A stretch of DNA of 64,000 nucleotides from a bacterium. Lineage in GTDB: Bacteria > Actinomycetota > Acidimicrobiia > Spongiisociales > JAENVV01. The notes under the pieces were generated by a model. It made no database searches. It saw nothing but the letters and a program-made list of their open reading frames with translations, and had not been told where the DNA came from. The stretch covers positions 11,142-75,141 of the forward strand of contig JAHEDI010000007.1 in NCBI GenBank assembly GCA_024641305.1, read 5' to 3'. Of this stretch, positions 1-9,290 are shown piece after piece (the first letter of the stretch is position 1; every line of letters starts with the position of its first letter). Position numbers and translations under genes: made by a program.

Positions 1-684
1 GACGTCGTCGACCCGGCAGTCCTGGCGGTCCGGCACGTCACCGTCGATTTCCACGGCAAGGATTCACACGCCGCCGCAGCCCCACAACTGGGTATCAACG
101 CGCTCGATGCTTTCGTGCAGGCATACGTCAATGTCTCGACGCTCCGCCAGGCCCTCTATCCGACCGACAAGATTCACGGAATCATCACCCACGGCGGCGA
201 CGCTCCGAACATCGTCCCGTCGTTCACACGATCCTCGTGGTACATCCGGGCCGCCGACAAAGACCGGATGGATGAATTATCCGGTCGCGTTGAGGCATGT
301 TTCGAGGCGGCCGCCCTGGCAACGGGCTGCACCTGGGACATAACAGAGGTCGGACATCGATTCGACAACCTGATCGCGGATCCGACCATGGTGGGACTAT
401 TCGACGCCAACGCAGCGATCCTGGGACGCACCATGGCCCGGGGGGCCGACCTGCCCCCCGGCGAGGCCGGTTCAACCGACATGGGCAACGTGAGCCACGT
501 GGTCCCGACCATCCACCCGGAACTGTCCCTGGACTGCTACCCCGCCGTGAACCACCAACCCGAGTTCGCCGCCCATACGGTGTCGCCAGACGGCCATCGG
601 GCTCTTCGAGACGGTGCCCTCGCCATGGCGTGGACGATCATCGACATGGCCGAACAAAACCAGTGGCCCATCGCCCAGTCGTAG
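1..684 (+). CDS. M20 family amidohydrolase/peptidase (AbgB/ACY1L2-like), 5'-truncated by the window edge
   Basis: Frame open from base 1 (...FHGKDSHAAAAPQLGINALDA...); HGIITHGGDAPNIVP and GSTDMGNVS motifs typical of M20D enzymes. Confidence 0.85.
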   Translation, partial: DVVDPAVLAVRHVTVDFHGKDSHAAAAPQLGINALDAFVQAYVNVSTLRQALYPTDKIHGIITHGGDAPNIVPSFTRSSWYIRAADKDRMDELSGRVEACFEAAALATGCTWDITEVGHRFDNLIADPTMVGLFDANAAILGRTMARGADLPPGEAGSTDMGNVSHVVPTIHPELSLDCYPAVNHQPEFAAHTVSPDGHRALRDGALAMAWTIIDMAEQNQWPIAQS

Positions 685-701
685 CCTCTCTGCCGAACTC
701 G

Positions 702-2867
702 CTACTTCCAGCGGATCACCGAAACGACGTTCGAATAGTTGTCGGTCCATAACGGGCCATCGCCGGCCATGCCCGTCCACATCGGGTGATCGGTGGCCGC
801 TGCAACAGCTGCCTCAGATCGACCCATGACTACCCAGATCGACGGTGAGGCGTACGTGTCCTCAGCGGACGGCTGGAACGCCGCCACGCGACGCTCCAGA
901 CCCAATTCGGCTCCGATTCGACCGACGACAGGTTCGAGAGCGAGATGCCGATTGGAGATATGAAAGACGACGATCCCATCAGCCTTTACCGAATCAAGAT
1001 AGAGCTCAACCGCTTCAAGGGTCATCAGGTGAATCGGGATTGAGTCCGATGAAAAAGCGTCGATGATCAGGACGTCGTGTTTCGGGGCGATTCTTTCCAG
1101 TTCAATTCGGCCATCCCCCAACACCACCCCAATGGAGCCGCCAGACGAGCTCAAATAGGTAAAGAGTTTTGGATCTTTGGCGAAGGCAACTACCGCTTCG
1201 TCGATTTCGTAGAAGGTCATCGAGTCGCCTTCGTCGACATAGGCTGCAAGCGCGCCGGCCCCCAATCCCACCACGCCGACATCGATGGGCTCCGGCCGAT
1301 CGGCATAATGGGCAAGCACATGCCCGACCGGGCCAGCAACATCGTAATAGCCGATGGCAGCTGGATCAGCCTCGTCGCCCACCCAGATTTGAGCACCGTG
1401 AATGGTCGTCCCGCTCAGCAGTACATGGACGTCGCTGAGTTCTCGGACCTGATACACACCATAGAAGGTGCGTTCGGCTGCCAGGACCTTCGAACCTGCG
1501 CCCGGCTGAGCGACAATGAGAGCGATCAGCACGAGAGCAGCCGTGAATACCCACGCTCGCCCGGACCACGCATACGCAATCACACCGGCCAGTCCGAAGA
1601 GGAGCAACCGACTGAGATCGGTGCCAGCGAGAGCCCCGAGCCCGAGCGCTGATACGAACAGCACCAAGGCCAACAAGCGGGTAGAGAGCCGCAGAGCGGC
1701 GATCCGTTGCGGGACCAACAGCGTCGCTGCGAGCACCAGACCGATGGGATATTCAAGAATGCTGTTGAAGGCAACCGGCGCCACGAGCGCACCGGCGATT
1801 CCTCCTAGCAAACCCCCGACCGACAGGAGTAGATAGAACCGCGTCAGCCCATCAACCCCGGGGCGTCCGTCGTACAGTTGGCGATGGGCCACGTACGCCG
1901 CCAGGGCAAACACCACCATTGGGATGGTGATGGCGACTGCCAACACCCGGGAAGCCGCACCGGTCGCGATGATGACAGCCGGGATCAGGACCAGCCGAAG
2001 AGCCCGACCGGCAATCGGCAGAGCTTGCCCATCACCGCGGAACGACACCACAAAGCTGCCAAGGTACATAACCAGCGGGACAATCCACAGCAAGGGAAAC
2101 GCAGCGACGTCGGTCGAGATATGGCGTGTCACCCCGAGCAGCAGGAAAGACGGGATGAATGACAGATAGATGATGCGACCCGCTGAAATCGGTGCCGCTT
2201 CGGCGGCGGACGGGGCTACTGCAGCGATGTTCGTCCTGACTTCCCGCCTGGACAAATAGAACCAGACGATCAAGCCGAGCAGCACCGCCAACACGACGTA
2301 GCCCACCATGAATGCCACAGCCTGCCTGCGCAGGTCGAACAATGGCTCAAGGATCAGAGGGTAAGCGAGCAAGCCAATGATGCTTCCAGCGTTACCGGCC
2401 GCATACAGCGGGTACGGATTGTGGGCTAGCGGATGATTCGTCTCACCGAACCAACGTTGAATGGTGGGACTCATCGTTGTCAACGCGAAGTAAGGGGCAC
2501 CCACCATCACTGACAGAGTGAGAATTACCGCCAAGGTCGGGGATTCCTCCGTGAGTCCACCTGGCAGCGAAAACGGCAGCGTGAGGATTGGAACGCCAAC
2601 CACCAACAGCTGGATGAGTCTTCGCATGCCGGGAGCCAAACGAACCATGGCGTGCGCAAACAAATACCCGCCAAGAAGCAGCGATTGGAAAACGACCATG
2701 GCTGTGTTCCAGACGGCTGCAGACCCGCCGAATCGAGGTAGGAGCAGCCGGGTAGCCATGGGCTGAACAAGGAACACCAATCCGGCACTGATAAAGCTGA
2801 CGGTGACGTAGGTGCCGAGAAGGGCAGCCCAGGATCGGCGCTGGTCTACAAGCGATTGGGTCGTCAA
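702..2867 (-). CDS. Fused membrane domain / spermidine-synthase-like SAM-dependent protein
   Basis: About 13 hydrophobic segments followed by ERTFYG, GTTIHGAQ, VVGLGAG, YEID, GDGR, DAFSSDSIPIHL and WTDNYS motifs. Confidence 0.85.
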   Translation of the reverse strand: MTTQSLVDQRRSWAALLGTYVTVSFISAGLVFLVQPMATRLLLPRFGGSAAVWNTAMVVFQSLLLGGYLFAHAMVRLAPGMRRLIQLLVVGVPILTLPFSLPGGLTEESPTLAVILTLSVMVGAPYFALTTMSPTIQRWFGETNHPLAHNPYPLYAAGNAGSIIGLLAYPLILEPLFDLRRQAVAFMVGYVVLAVLLGLIVWFYLSRREVRTNIAAVAPSAAEAAPISAGRIIYLSFIPSFLLLGVTRHISTDVAAFPLLWIVPLVMYLGSFVVSFRGDGQALPIAGRALRLVLIPAVIIATGAASRVLAVAITIPMVVFALAAYVAHRQLYDGRPGVDGLTRFYLLLSVGGLLGGIAGALVAPVAFNSILEYPIGLVLAATLLVPQRIAALRLSTRLLALVLFVSALGLGALAGTDLSRLLLFGLAGVIAYAWSGRAWVFTAALVLIALIVAQPGAGSKVLAAERTFYGVYQVRELSDVHVLLSGTTIHGAQIWVGDEADPAAIGYYDVAGPVGHVLAHYADRPEPIDVGVVGLGAGALAAYVDEGDSMTFYEIDEAVVAFAKDPKLFTYLSSSGGSIGVVLGDGRIELERIAPKHDVLIIDAFSSDSIPIHLMTLEAVELYLDSVKADGIVVFHISNRHLALEPVVGRIGAELGLERRVAAFQPSAEDTYASPSIWVVMGRSEAAVAAATDHPMWTGMAGDGPLWTDNYSNVVSVIRWK

Positions 2868-2944
2868 GAGGGCTGAACCCTATTCAACCAACGACCACCT
2901 GCCACGGATTCCATAACTCACCAAAGGCGCGGAGGTTGCCGCGA

Positions 2945-3682
2945 TTAAAGAATCTGACTCAGGAAGAGCTTGGTGCGGTCGTGCTGGGGGTTCGTGAAGA
3001 AATGCTCGGGAGTGCCCGCCTCGACCAATTGGCCGTAGTCGAAGAACAGCACGCGATCGGCCACCTCACGGGCGAAACCCATCTCATGGGTGACGACAAT
3101 CATGGTCATGCCCTCTTTGGCGAGTTCTTTCATGGCATCCAAGACTTCCTTGACCATCTCAGGGTCGAGAGCCGAGGTTGGCTCATCGAACAACATGATC
3201 TGGGGCTTCATCGCCAGTGCCCGGGCAATCGCCACTCGCTGTTGCTGACCACCCGACAATTGACCGGGATACTTGTCGGCTTGCTCCGGAATTCCGACCC
3301 GCTCAAGCAGTTCGCGCCCGTACGCCTCAGCCTCGGACTTCGACTGCTTCTTCACCCAGATCGGAGCCAGCGTGATGTTCTGCATGATGGTGAGGTGCGG
3401 AAAGAGGTTGAATGACTGGAACACCATGCCGACGTCTTTGCGAATCGCCTCGATATTGCGAACATCGTTTGTCAGTTCGATGCCATCGACGAAGATCTGA
3501 CCCTCCTGATGAACTTCGAGTCGGTTGATGCATCGAATAAACGTCGACTTGCCCGAACCGGACGGGCCAATGATGACGACCACTTCGCCCTTCGTGACTT
3601 CGAGGTCGACGCCGCGCAACGCCTGGAAATCGCCAAACCATTTCTTGACGCCCCGGCAATCGATGATCGCTTGATCAGTCAT
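2945..3682 (-). CDS. Amino-acid ABC transporter ATP-binding subunit (AapP/BztD/GlnQ family)
   Basis: Walker A GPSGSGKS, signature LSGGQQQR, Walker [16 protein letters not shown] switch. Confidence 0.95.
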   Translation of the reverse strand: MTDQAIIDCRGVKKWFGDFQALRGVDLEVTKGEVVVIIGPSGSGKSTFIRCINRLEVHQEGQIFVDGIELTNDVRNIEAIRKDVGMVFQSFNLFPHLTIMQNITLAPIWVKKQSKSEAEAYGRELLERVGIPEQADKYPGQLSGGQQQRVAIARALAMKPQIMLFDEPTSALDPEMVKEVLDAMKELAKEGMTMIVVTHEMGFAREVADRVLFFDYGQLVEAGTPEHFFTNPQHDRTKLFLSQIL

Positions 3683-3694
3683 GTCATTGACTCC

Positions 3695-5557
3695 TTACCG
3701 TGTGCCTAGGCCGAGACGCCGCTCAAGGCGCATCGACGAACGAGAGAACGTAAATGTGAATATCCAGTAGATCGCCGCTGCCACAACGGTCAACTCCAGG
3801 ATCGAACCAATATTGGCAGATTGACCCGGGATGACATTTCGTGCGATGTAGAGAAGATCGAACAGCCCGATAATAGATACGAGCGAGGTGTCTTTGAAGA
3901 GCGAGATGACCTGACCAACCAACGCAGGGATGACTGCTTTGAGCGCCTGAGGAAGCGTGATGAGCACGGTCTTCTGTACGACGCTCATCCCCACCGCATC
4001 GGCCGCCTCATACTGACCTTTGGGAATTGACTGCAAACCGCCGCGGACGTTTTCGGCAAGATAGGCGGCCGAGAACAATGTCATCGCCGTGATCGCCCTG
4101 ACCACGCTGAAGATGTCGACAACCCCTGCCAGGAAAAGATTGAGAAGGTTGGAACCGATATAGAGCCAGGTGATCAACGGCACAGACCGCACCAACTCGA
4201 TATACGTGGTAGAGATCATGCGGACAATCGGCATTGTCGAGGCCCTGCCAAGCGCCAGGAGGACACCGAGCGGGAACGACAGGACAATGGCGGCAATAGC
4301 GAGGGTGAAGGTCAGCGATAATCCGCCAACGAACGCGGTTCCACTCAACTCCAACAGCGAGGAAGCCGCACCGAGACGGAACGACATGATCAACAGAACG
4401 AGGGCCCCAAGCCAGACTCCGATATATCGCAGCCGGGCGGCCCTGGCACCGCCGAAGGAGGGCGCCGCGAGAGCAAAGAGGGCACCCAGGATCAAGGGAA
4501 ACTTGAATTCCAGTCGCTTCAGCACGTCAGCCGCCGAAGAGGTGAAGTGGAACGGTGACGAAGACGCCGGGTCAAACAGATACCAAGAGAAGAGTACCCA
4601 CAGAACAGCCAGCACCAGCCAGATTGCTGAGACGATGTACTTCCATTCTCCGGCATCGGGAGCGCCGATAACGTACAGAATGACGCCGACCAGGGCACCT
4701 ATTGCAAGAAAGATCGGCAGGTCAACGCTGAGTACCGTGTCCCATTCAATATCCGGTGCTCTCATCACCACCATCAAAATGGCCGGGAAAGACAGGGCCC
4801 ATAGACCCACGAGGATCCGGCGCAGACTGCTAATCGAGTCTCGGATCGCCACACCCACCAGGTACGACACCGCCAGCACAAGAAGCTGGACCGTCCACGG
4901 AAGCTTGGTCGAGCGGGCAATCAATTGATTCGTGACTTCCTTCGATCCGTCGGCGAATACCTCCTGAACGGGGAGCTTGACCGTCCACAAAAACACGCCA
5001 ATAAGGACCAGCGCGAGACCAGCAAGGGCGACGGTTGAGATGACAGGTTCGTTGACGGAGCTCTTCCTTGCCCGCTTCCACATGTAGCCGATACCGGCAA
5101 TGACCAAGCCCACCGAACCGAAGATGACTCGACCCCCAGTGAGGCCACCAGGAGCCAGCAGGGCGAGGACAAGAGCTCCGGAACCAACCGAAAGAAGACC
5201 CTTGGCGACCTGACCCACCGAGACCTTCCCGGCCACCCGCCAGGCTGCCGCCGAAAGGCCCGCCAGCACCACGACAATTCCAACAGAGATCCACACTCGT
5301 ATGAACTGGTCGTCCGGGTAGGCCTGCACCATAAGCAAACGAGCATTGGCCGTGGCCGCCGACCACTTCCTGAACGGATTCAGGAACCAGGCGATCAGCG
5401 CGCGCAGTCCGAAAAAGACAACCAGACCAATCACGATCGTGGTGATCGTGCTGCTCACCGAGTAGGCCAGGTTTTCACGAATCCACTGAACCGGGCCCGA
5501 AGGCGGTGGTTCCGGAGCTAGCTCGACAGTCTCGACAAAAACGGTACCTTCGGCCAT
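3695..5557 (-). CDS. Amino-acid ABC transporter permease (AapM/BztC-like), unusually long
   Basis: C-terminal YIELVRSVP, SAYLAENVRGGLQSIPKGQYEAA and FKDTSL motifs; 620 aa with many extra TM segments. Confidence 0.9.
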   Translation of the reverse strand: MAEGTVFVETVELAPEPPPSGPVQWIRENLAYSVSSTITTIVIGLVVFFGLRALIAWFLNPFRKWSAATANARLLMVQAYPDDQFIRVWISVGIVVVLAGLSAAAWRVAGKVSVGQVAKGLLSVGSGALVLALLAPGGLTGGRVIFGSVGLVIAGIGYMWKRARKSSVNEPVISTVALAGLALVLIGVFLWTVKLPVQEVFADGSKEVTNQLIARSTKLPWTVQLLVLAVSYLVGVAIRDSISSLRRILVGLWALSFPAILMVVMRAPDIEWDTVLSVDLPIFLAIGALVGVILYVIGAPDAGEWKYIVSAIWLVLAVLWVLFSWYLFDPASSSPFHFTSSAADVLKRLEFKFPLILGALFALAAPSFGGARAARLRYIGVWLGALVLLIMSFRLGAASSLLELSGTAFVGGLSLTFTLAIAAIVLSFPLGVLLALGRASTMPIVRMISTTYIELVRSVPLITWLYIGSNLLNLFLAGVVDIFSVVRAITAMTLFSAAYLAENVRGGLQSIPKGQYEAADAVGMSVVQKTVLITLPQALKAVIPALVGQVISLFKDTSLVSIIGLFDLLYIARNVIPGQSANIGSILELTVVAAAIYWIFTFTFSRSSMRLERRLGLGTR

Positions 5558-7131
5558 TAGCGCTCCACCAACTTCAACTTCTTATTCCATCGGTTCACGA
5601 TTGCGGATAACGTCAAGCTCACAAACGAGTACCAGGCCATCCAGGAAATCACGATCGGAATCGTTTGACCGGTCTGGTTAAAAATGGTCTGACCAACCTG
5701 CACGATGTCCGGATAGGCGACCGCGATACCCAGCGAAGTATTCTTGGCAAGGTTCAGGTACTGGTTGCCAACCGGCGGCAGGATAATCCGGAAGGCCTGC
5801 GGGAGAACGATCATACGGAGCAACTGGCTTCGCCGAAGCCCGACGGCAAAACCGGCCTCGGTCTGACCCTTCGGTACAGCGAGCACACCAGCTCGCACAG
5901 CCTCACCGATAAACGCGGCTGTATAGAGAACCACACCAATCCACAGCGCGAAGTACGCCCGGGTGATGACATGCCCGGCATCTGCGGCATAGTTGTTGAA
6001 ACGTCCATCTATCGCCGGGAGGGAAAAGTCGAATGGCGCACCGCTCACGAATGAGAAGCGGCTCTCAAGACCGGTAAAGAGCTGGCTCAAGCCGATCTCC
6101 TGTCCAAAAATCGTGCCCTGCCCAACGATCGCCTTGACCGGACCAGACTGAAGGAGGAAAAACAACGCCAAGCCCGACGCCACCACCGCTGCCATGGCCA
6201 ATCGGAACCAGTCGTCATCGGTGAGCTTTCCAAGTCCGGCTGGAGTACGCAGTTCGTCGAGTCGCTTCTTGATGATGTAATAGGCGCCACCGACCGCCAA
6301 GCCGGCCAGAACTATCTGGAAGATGATGATCGGCGTGTTCTGAAAGAACGCCGCCACGAACCCGAACACCGGTCCGAAGATGCCCATCACCGGATGGGCG
6401 AACGTTCCGACGATGGCGAAGGCGACCAAAACACCACCCGACCAAAGAAACGCCCGGGCTTCGGCAGTACCGGCCTCTTGGAGGCGAATCCGCCATCGGT
6501 AGGCATACAAAGCCGCCACGGCTCCCACAATCATGAACCCGACCCACTGCCAGCGTCCGTCGGTTGGAACGAGCCACGGCATAGCAAAACCCTTGGGCGA
6601 GGCGAAGATCCATCCCTCCGGGAGGAGACGCAGGCCAAATAGGGATTTCAACGAACCGTCGCTGGTTTCGTCAACCACAATATCGGGAATGATCGAAACG
6701 ACAATGCCCCAGAAAACGATCTGAACCAGGAGCGGAATATTGCGGATTGTTTCAATGTAGACAGTCGCCAGCTTGTTGACGAGCCAGTTGTGCGAAAGCC
6801 TGCTGACCCCGATAATCACCCCGAGAATCGTGGCGGCCAGGATCCCGGAGATCGTAACCCGGAGCATATTGGTGATACCAACCAGCAGCGCCTGGAAACC
6901 GCTCTCGGGGAGCGTGGTAAACCCCTCAGCAACCTGGAATCCGACCGGCCGCGCCATGAAGTCCCATGACACCGCCAGGTTCTGTTTGGCCAAGTTTGCA
7001 ATCGAGAAACTGCCGAGAAGCCAAAAGACGGTCACGATTCCGATCAGGAACACAATCTGGAAGACCCACTTGAGGACCGTGACATCGCGGTAGAAGGGAG
7101 GGCGCGTTGGGCGCTGAATAGCTGTCGTCAC
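5557..7131 (-). CDS. Amino-acid ABC transporter permease (AapQ/BztB-like), unusually long
   Basis: YIETIRNIPLL, AFIGEAVRAG..VPKGQTEA and NLAKNTSL motifs; 524 aa. Confidence 0.9.
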   Translation of the reverse strand: MTTAIQRPTRPPFYRDVTVLKWVFQIVFLIGIVTVFWLLGSFSIANLAKQNLAVSWDFMARPVGFQVAEGFTTLPESGFQALLVGITNMLRVTISGILAATILGVIIGVSRLSHNWLVNKLATVYIETIRNIPLLVQIVFWGIVVSIIPDIVVDETSDGSLKSLFGLRLLPEGWIFASPKGFAMPWLVPTDGRWQWVGFMIVGAVAALYAYRWRIRLQEAGTAEARAFLWSGGVLVAFAIVGTFAHPVMGIFGPVFGFVAAFFQNTPIIIFQIVLAGLAVGGAYYIIKKRLDELRTPAGLGKLTDDDWFRLAMAAVVASGLALFFLLQSGPVKAIVGQGTIFGQEIGLSQLFTGLESRFSFVSGAPFDFSLPAIDGRFNNYAADAGHVITRAYFALWIGVVLYTAAFIGEAVRAGVLAVPKGQTEAGFAVGLRRSQLLRMIVLPQAFRIILPPVGNQYLNLAKNTSLGIAVAYPDIVQVGQTIFNQTGQTIPIVISWMAWYSFVSLTLSAIVNRWNKKLKLVER

Positions 7132-7178
7132 GGGCTCTCCTTCCGTCGTAACTAGTTATCGCCAGGTCACCATACCAA

Positions 7179-7207
7179 CGGGAGGGACGCCGATGGCGTC
7201 CCTCCCG
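7179..7207. terminator. 13-bp perfect hairpin between the substrate-binding and permease genes (terminator or mRNA stabiliser)
   Basis: CGGGAGGGACGCC-GAT-GGCGTCCCTCCCG. Confidence 0.75.
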
Positions 7208-7233
7208 GGTTTTTCTGTTTCGCCTAAAGGTGT

Positions 7234-8403
7234 CTAGCGGGCGGGCGGAGCATAGATCATGCCACCGTCATACCACTGGGCGTTGTACGAACCATCACGA
7301 AAGATTCCGACCGGGTTAAGGGTACGAGTGAAGATCTCATCGTAGTTGCCGACCTGGCTGATGACCTGGTAAAACGCGTCAGCGGACAGACCCATAGTGG
7401 ACTGCAGTTCGTCATCCGTCACACCGAACAAACGGCCGAGCTCCGGATTGAGATCAGCGTCGCCAATCAGGGAATCGATGTTTCCGGACGTGGCGCCGAA
7501 TTCATCGGCAATGAAGGTCGCATACACGGTCCAGTTGACAATGTCGGCCCACTGGCTGTCATTCTGACGATATACCGGGCCGAGTGGCTCCTTGGAAATC
7601 GGGGCACGTGGGAACACGACCCAATCGCCCTCTTGGATTGATCCGTCGCGAATGGCGGTCACCATGTTGCCAACCAAGCCAGAAGCATCAGTCGTCACGA
7701 GGTCACATGAGCCGGCTTTGAAGCCTTCCATAGCCTCGGGGAACTCCGCCACCGTACTCAATACGATCGTGGCACCGGCCTGAGCAGCACCCTCGGAAAT
7801 GTTCTTTTCAGTCGTCGTGCCGGCGTTGGTACAGAGCACGGCACCGTCAACATCGGCCAAAGTGGAGTCGGCAGTGAAGCCGTCGCTCGCCTTACCCATA
7901 ACACCCTGACCGTCGTAGTAGGTGGTCGGACCAAAGTCGAGTCCAAGGGTTGTATCACGGGACTGGGTCCAGGTTGTGTTGCGAATGAGAACGTCAATCT
8001 CGCCGGCCGCAAGAGCGGTAAACCGCTCGGCTGCAGTCAACGCTGCGAACTCGACTTTGGTGGCATCGCCAAGAACGGCAGCAGCAACAGCGCGACACAT
8101 CTCGGCATCGAAGCCGGTCATCGACCCATCGGATTGGGTTTCAGAGAACGCAACCGCGCTGCCGCTAACGCCGCACTTGAGGACGCCGCGAGCGCGAACT
8201 TCGTCAAGAGTTGCCCCACCGGTCTGGCCGGCGACGGGGGTAGTTGGATCGGTCGAACCGCCGGCGATAGTTGTATCTGTAGTGCCAGGGTCGGTTTGAG
8301 TGGTGTCATCCGGGGTAGTCGGTGCGGTGTCATCGGCGGTACACGCCGTTGCGAAAACACCCAGTACCACCAACACCGAAAGTATGCGTTGGATCTTATT
8401 CAT
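7234..8403 (-). CDS. Amino-acid ABC transporter substrate-binding lipoprotein (AapJ/BztA-like); start corrected to ATG 8403
   Basis: SD AAGGAG before ATG 8403; lipobox VFATAC; Thr/Asp-rich linker; RGVLKCGV, ERFTAL, RNTTWT, YYDGQG and ISKEPLGP motifs. Confidence 0.92.
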   Translation of the reverse strand: MNKIQRILSVLVVLGVFATACTADDTAPTTPDDTTQTDPGTTDTTIAGGSTDPTTPVAGQTGGATLDEVRARGVLKCGVSGSAVAFSETQSDGSMTGFDAEMCRAVAAAVLGDATKVEFAALTAAERFTALAAGEIDVLIRNTTWTQSRDTTLGLDFGPTTYYDGQGVMGKASDGFTADSTLADVDGAVLCTNAGTTTEKNISEGAAQAGATIVLSTVAEFPEAMEGFKAGSCDLVTTDASGLVGNMVTAIRDGSIQEGDWVVFPRAPISKEPLGPVYRQNDSQWADIVNWTVYATFIADEFGATSGNIDSLIGDADLNPELGRLFGVTDDELQSTMGLSADAFYQVISQVGNYDEIFTRTLNPVGIFRDGSYNAQWYDGGMIYAPPAR

Positions 8404-8551
8404 TTCTCTCCTTAGTTCCAGTTTGTCGATGTACGAAAGGGCGACCCGAACTGGACAGGGCGTCCCGCAAGCTCCACCACGGTAGACGAAAGAGCGCCCG
8501 AAGATCAACAAGAACCTTCTCGAGGACAAATGTCGCAGCACACCTAACGAG

Positions 8552-9232
8552 TTAGGTTGCCACCAATGCGGCAAGGCCGACGGCCAAATCGCGATACGAC
8601 CGGTGGCGGTCAGCCACGTCCGAATCGTGACCGTACAGTTGCAGCGTCGCCGATGTGGAAGAGCCCAAACAGGCAATCCGCAGCCGATCAAAACTACGGG
8701 TAAGCGCCCAGCCGTGTACGGCTGATGACGAGACAAACACCACCCCATCAACCTCTTCGTCATCGGCTGGTCCGATAGGAGCGGTCGAGTACACGGGGAC
8801 CGCCACAAGGTTGCGGCACCGATCCGCCAGTTGAGCGAGCGCCTGTGGGTCGGTGCTCGGTGCGTGCGGGATAGCCACCCGGCAATGTTCGACGTCGAGC
8901 GAGCACACCAGACTGAGCAGACTGCCGTTACCGACGACACTGACCGACCCTCCGCGCTCGACGACCGATGTGGCCGTGGCCGGCCCAATGACGGCTGCGT
9001 CGACCTCCGGAAAGGACCCGTCAGGCCAGAGAGCGTCCAACGGCCGGGACGAAGCGAGAACGATCAAGTCGGCTTCCTCGCAAGCGGCCCTGGCTCGCAC
9101 GATGTCCTCATCCCTACCCCGGACAACTTCGATACACGGCAACTCGATCGGAGTGAGGCCGACCGCAACCAGCTCGGAAGACATGCCTGCTGTTCTATCC
9201 AATGTGGTCGTGACCGCAACCCGGAACACCAT
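8552..9232 (-). CDS. hemD: Uroporphyrinogen-III synthase
   Basis: IELPCIEV, IGPATA, PVYST, FVSSSAV and CLGSSTS motifs of the HEM4 fold; TAGGGT -10 box 6 nt upstream. Confidence 0.75.
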   Translation of the reverse strand: MVFRVAVTTTLDRTAGMSSELVAVGLTPIELPCIEVVRGRDEDIVRARAACEEADLIVLASSRPLDALWPDGSFPEVDAAVIGPATATSVVERGGSVSVVGNGSLLSLVCSLDVEHCRVAIPHAPSTDPQALAQLADRCRNLVAVPVYSTAPIGPADDEEVDGVVFVSSSAVHGWALTRSFDRLRIACLGSSTSATLQLYGHDSDVADRHRSYRDLAVGLAALVAT

Positions 9233-9290
9233 AGGCCAACCCTACGCCGTTAGTTCCCAAAATGAGTCCCGATCGGTACTGTTCGGTGTC

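Noticed and set aside
8404-9290. N-terminal extensions of ORFs 7234..8988 and 8853..11336
   Set aside because: They overlap hemD and lack family similarity; better starts exist at 8403 (SD) and 9291 (-10 box).
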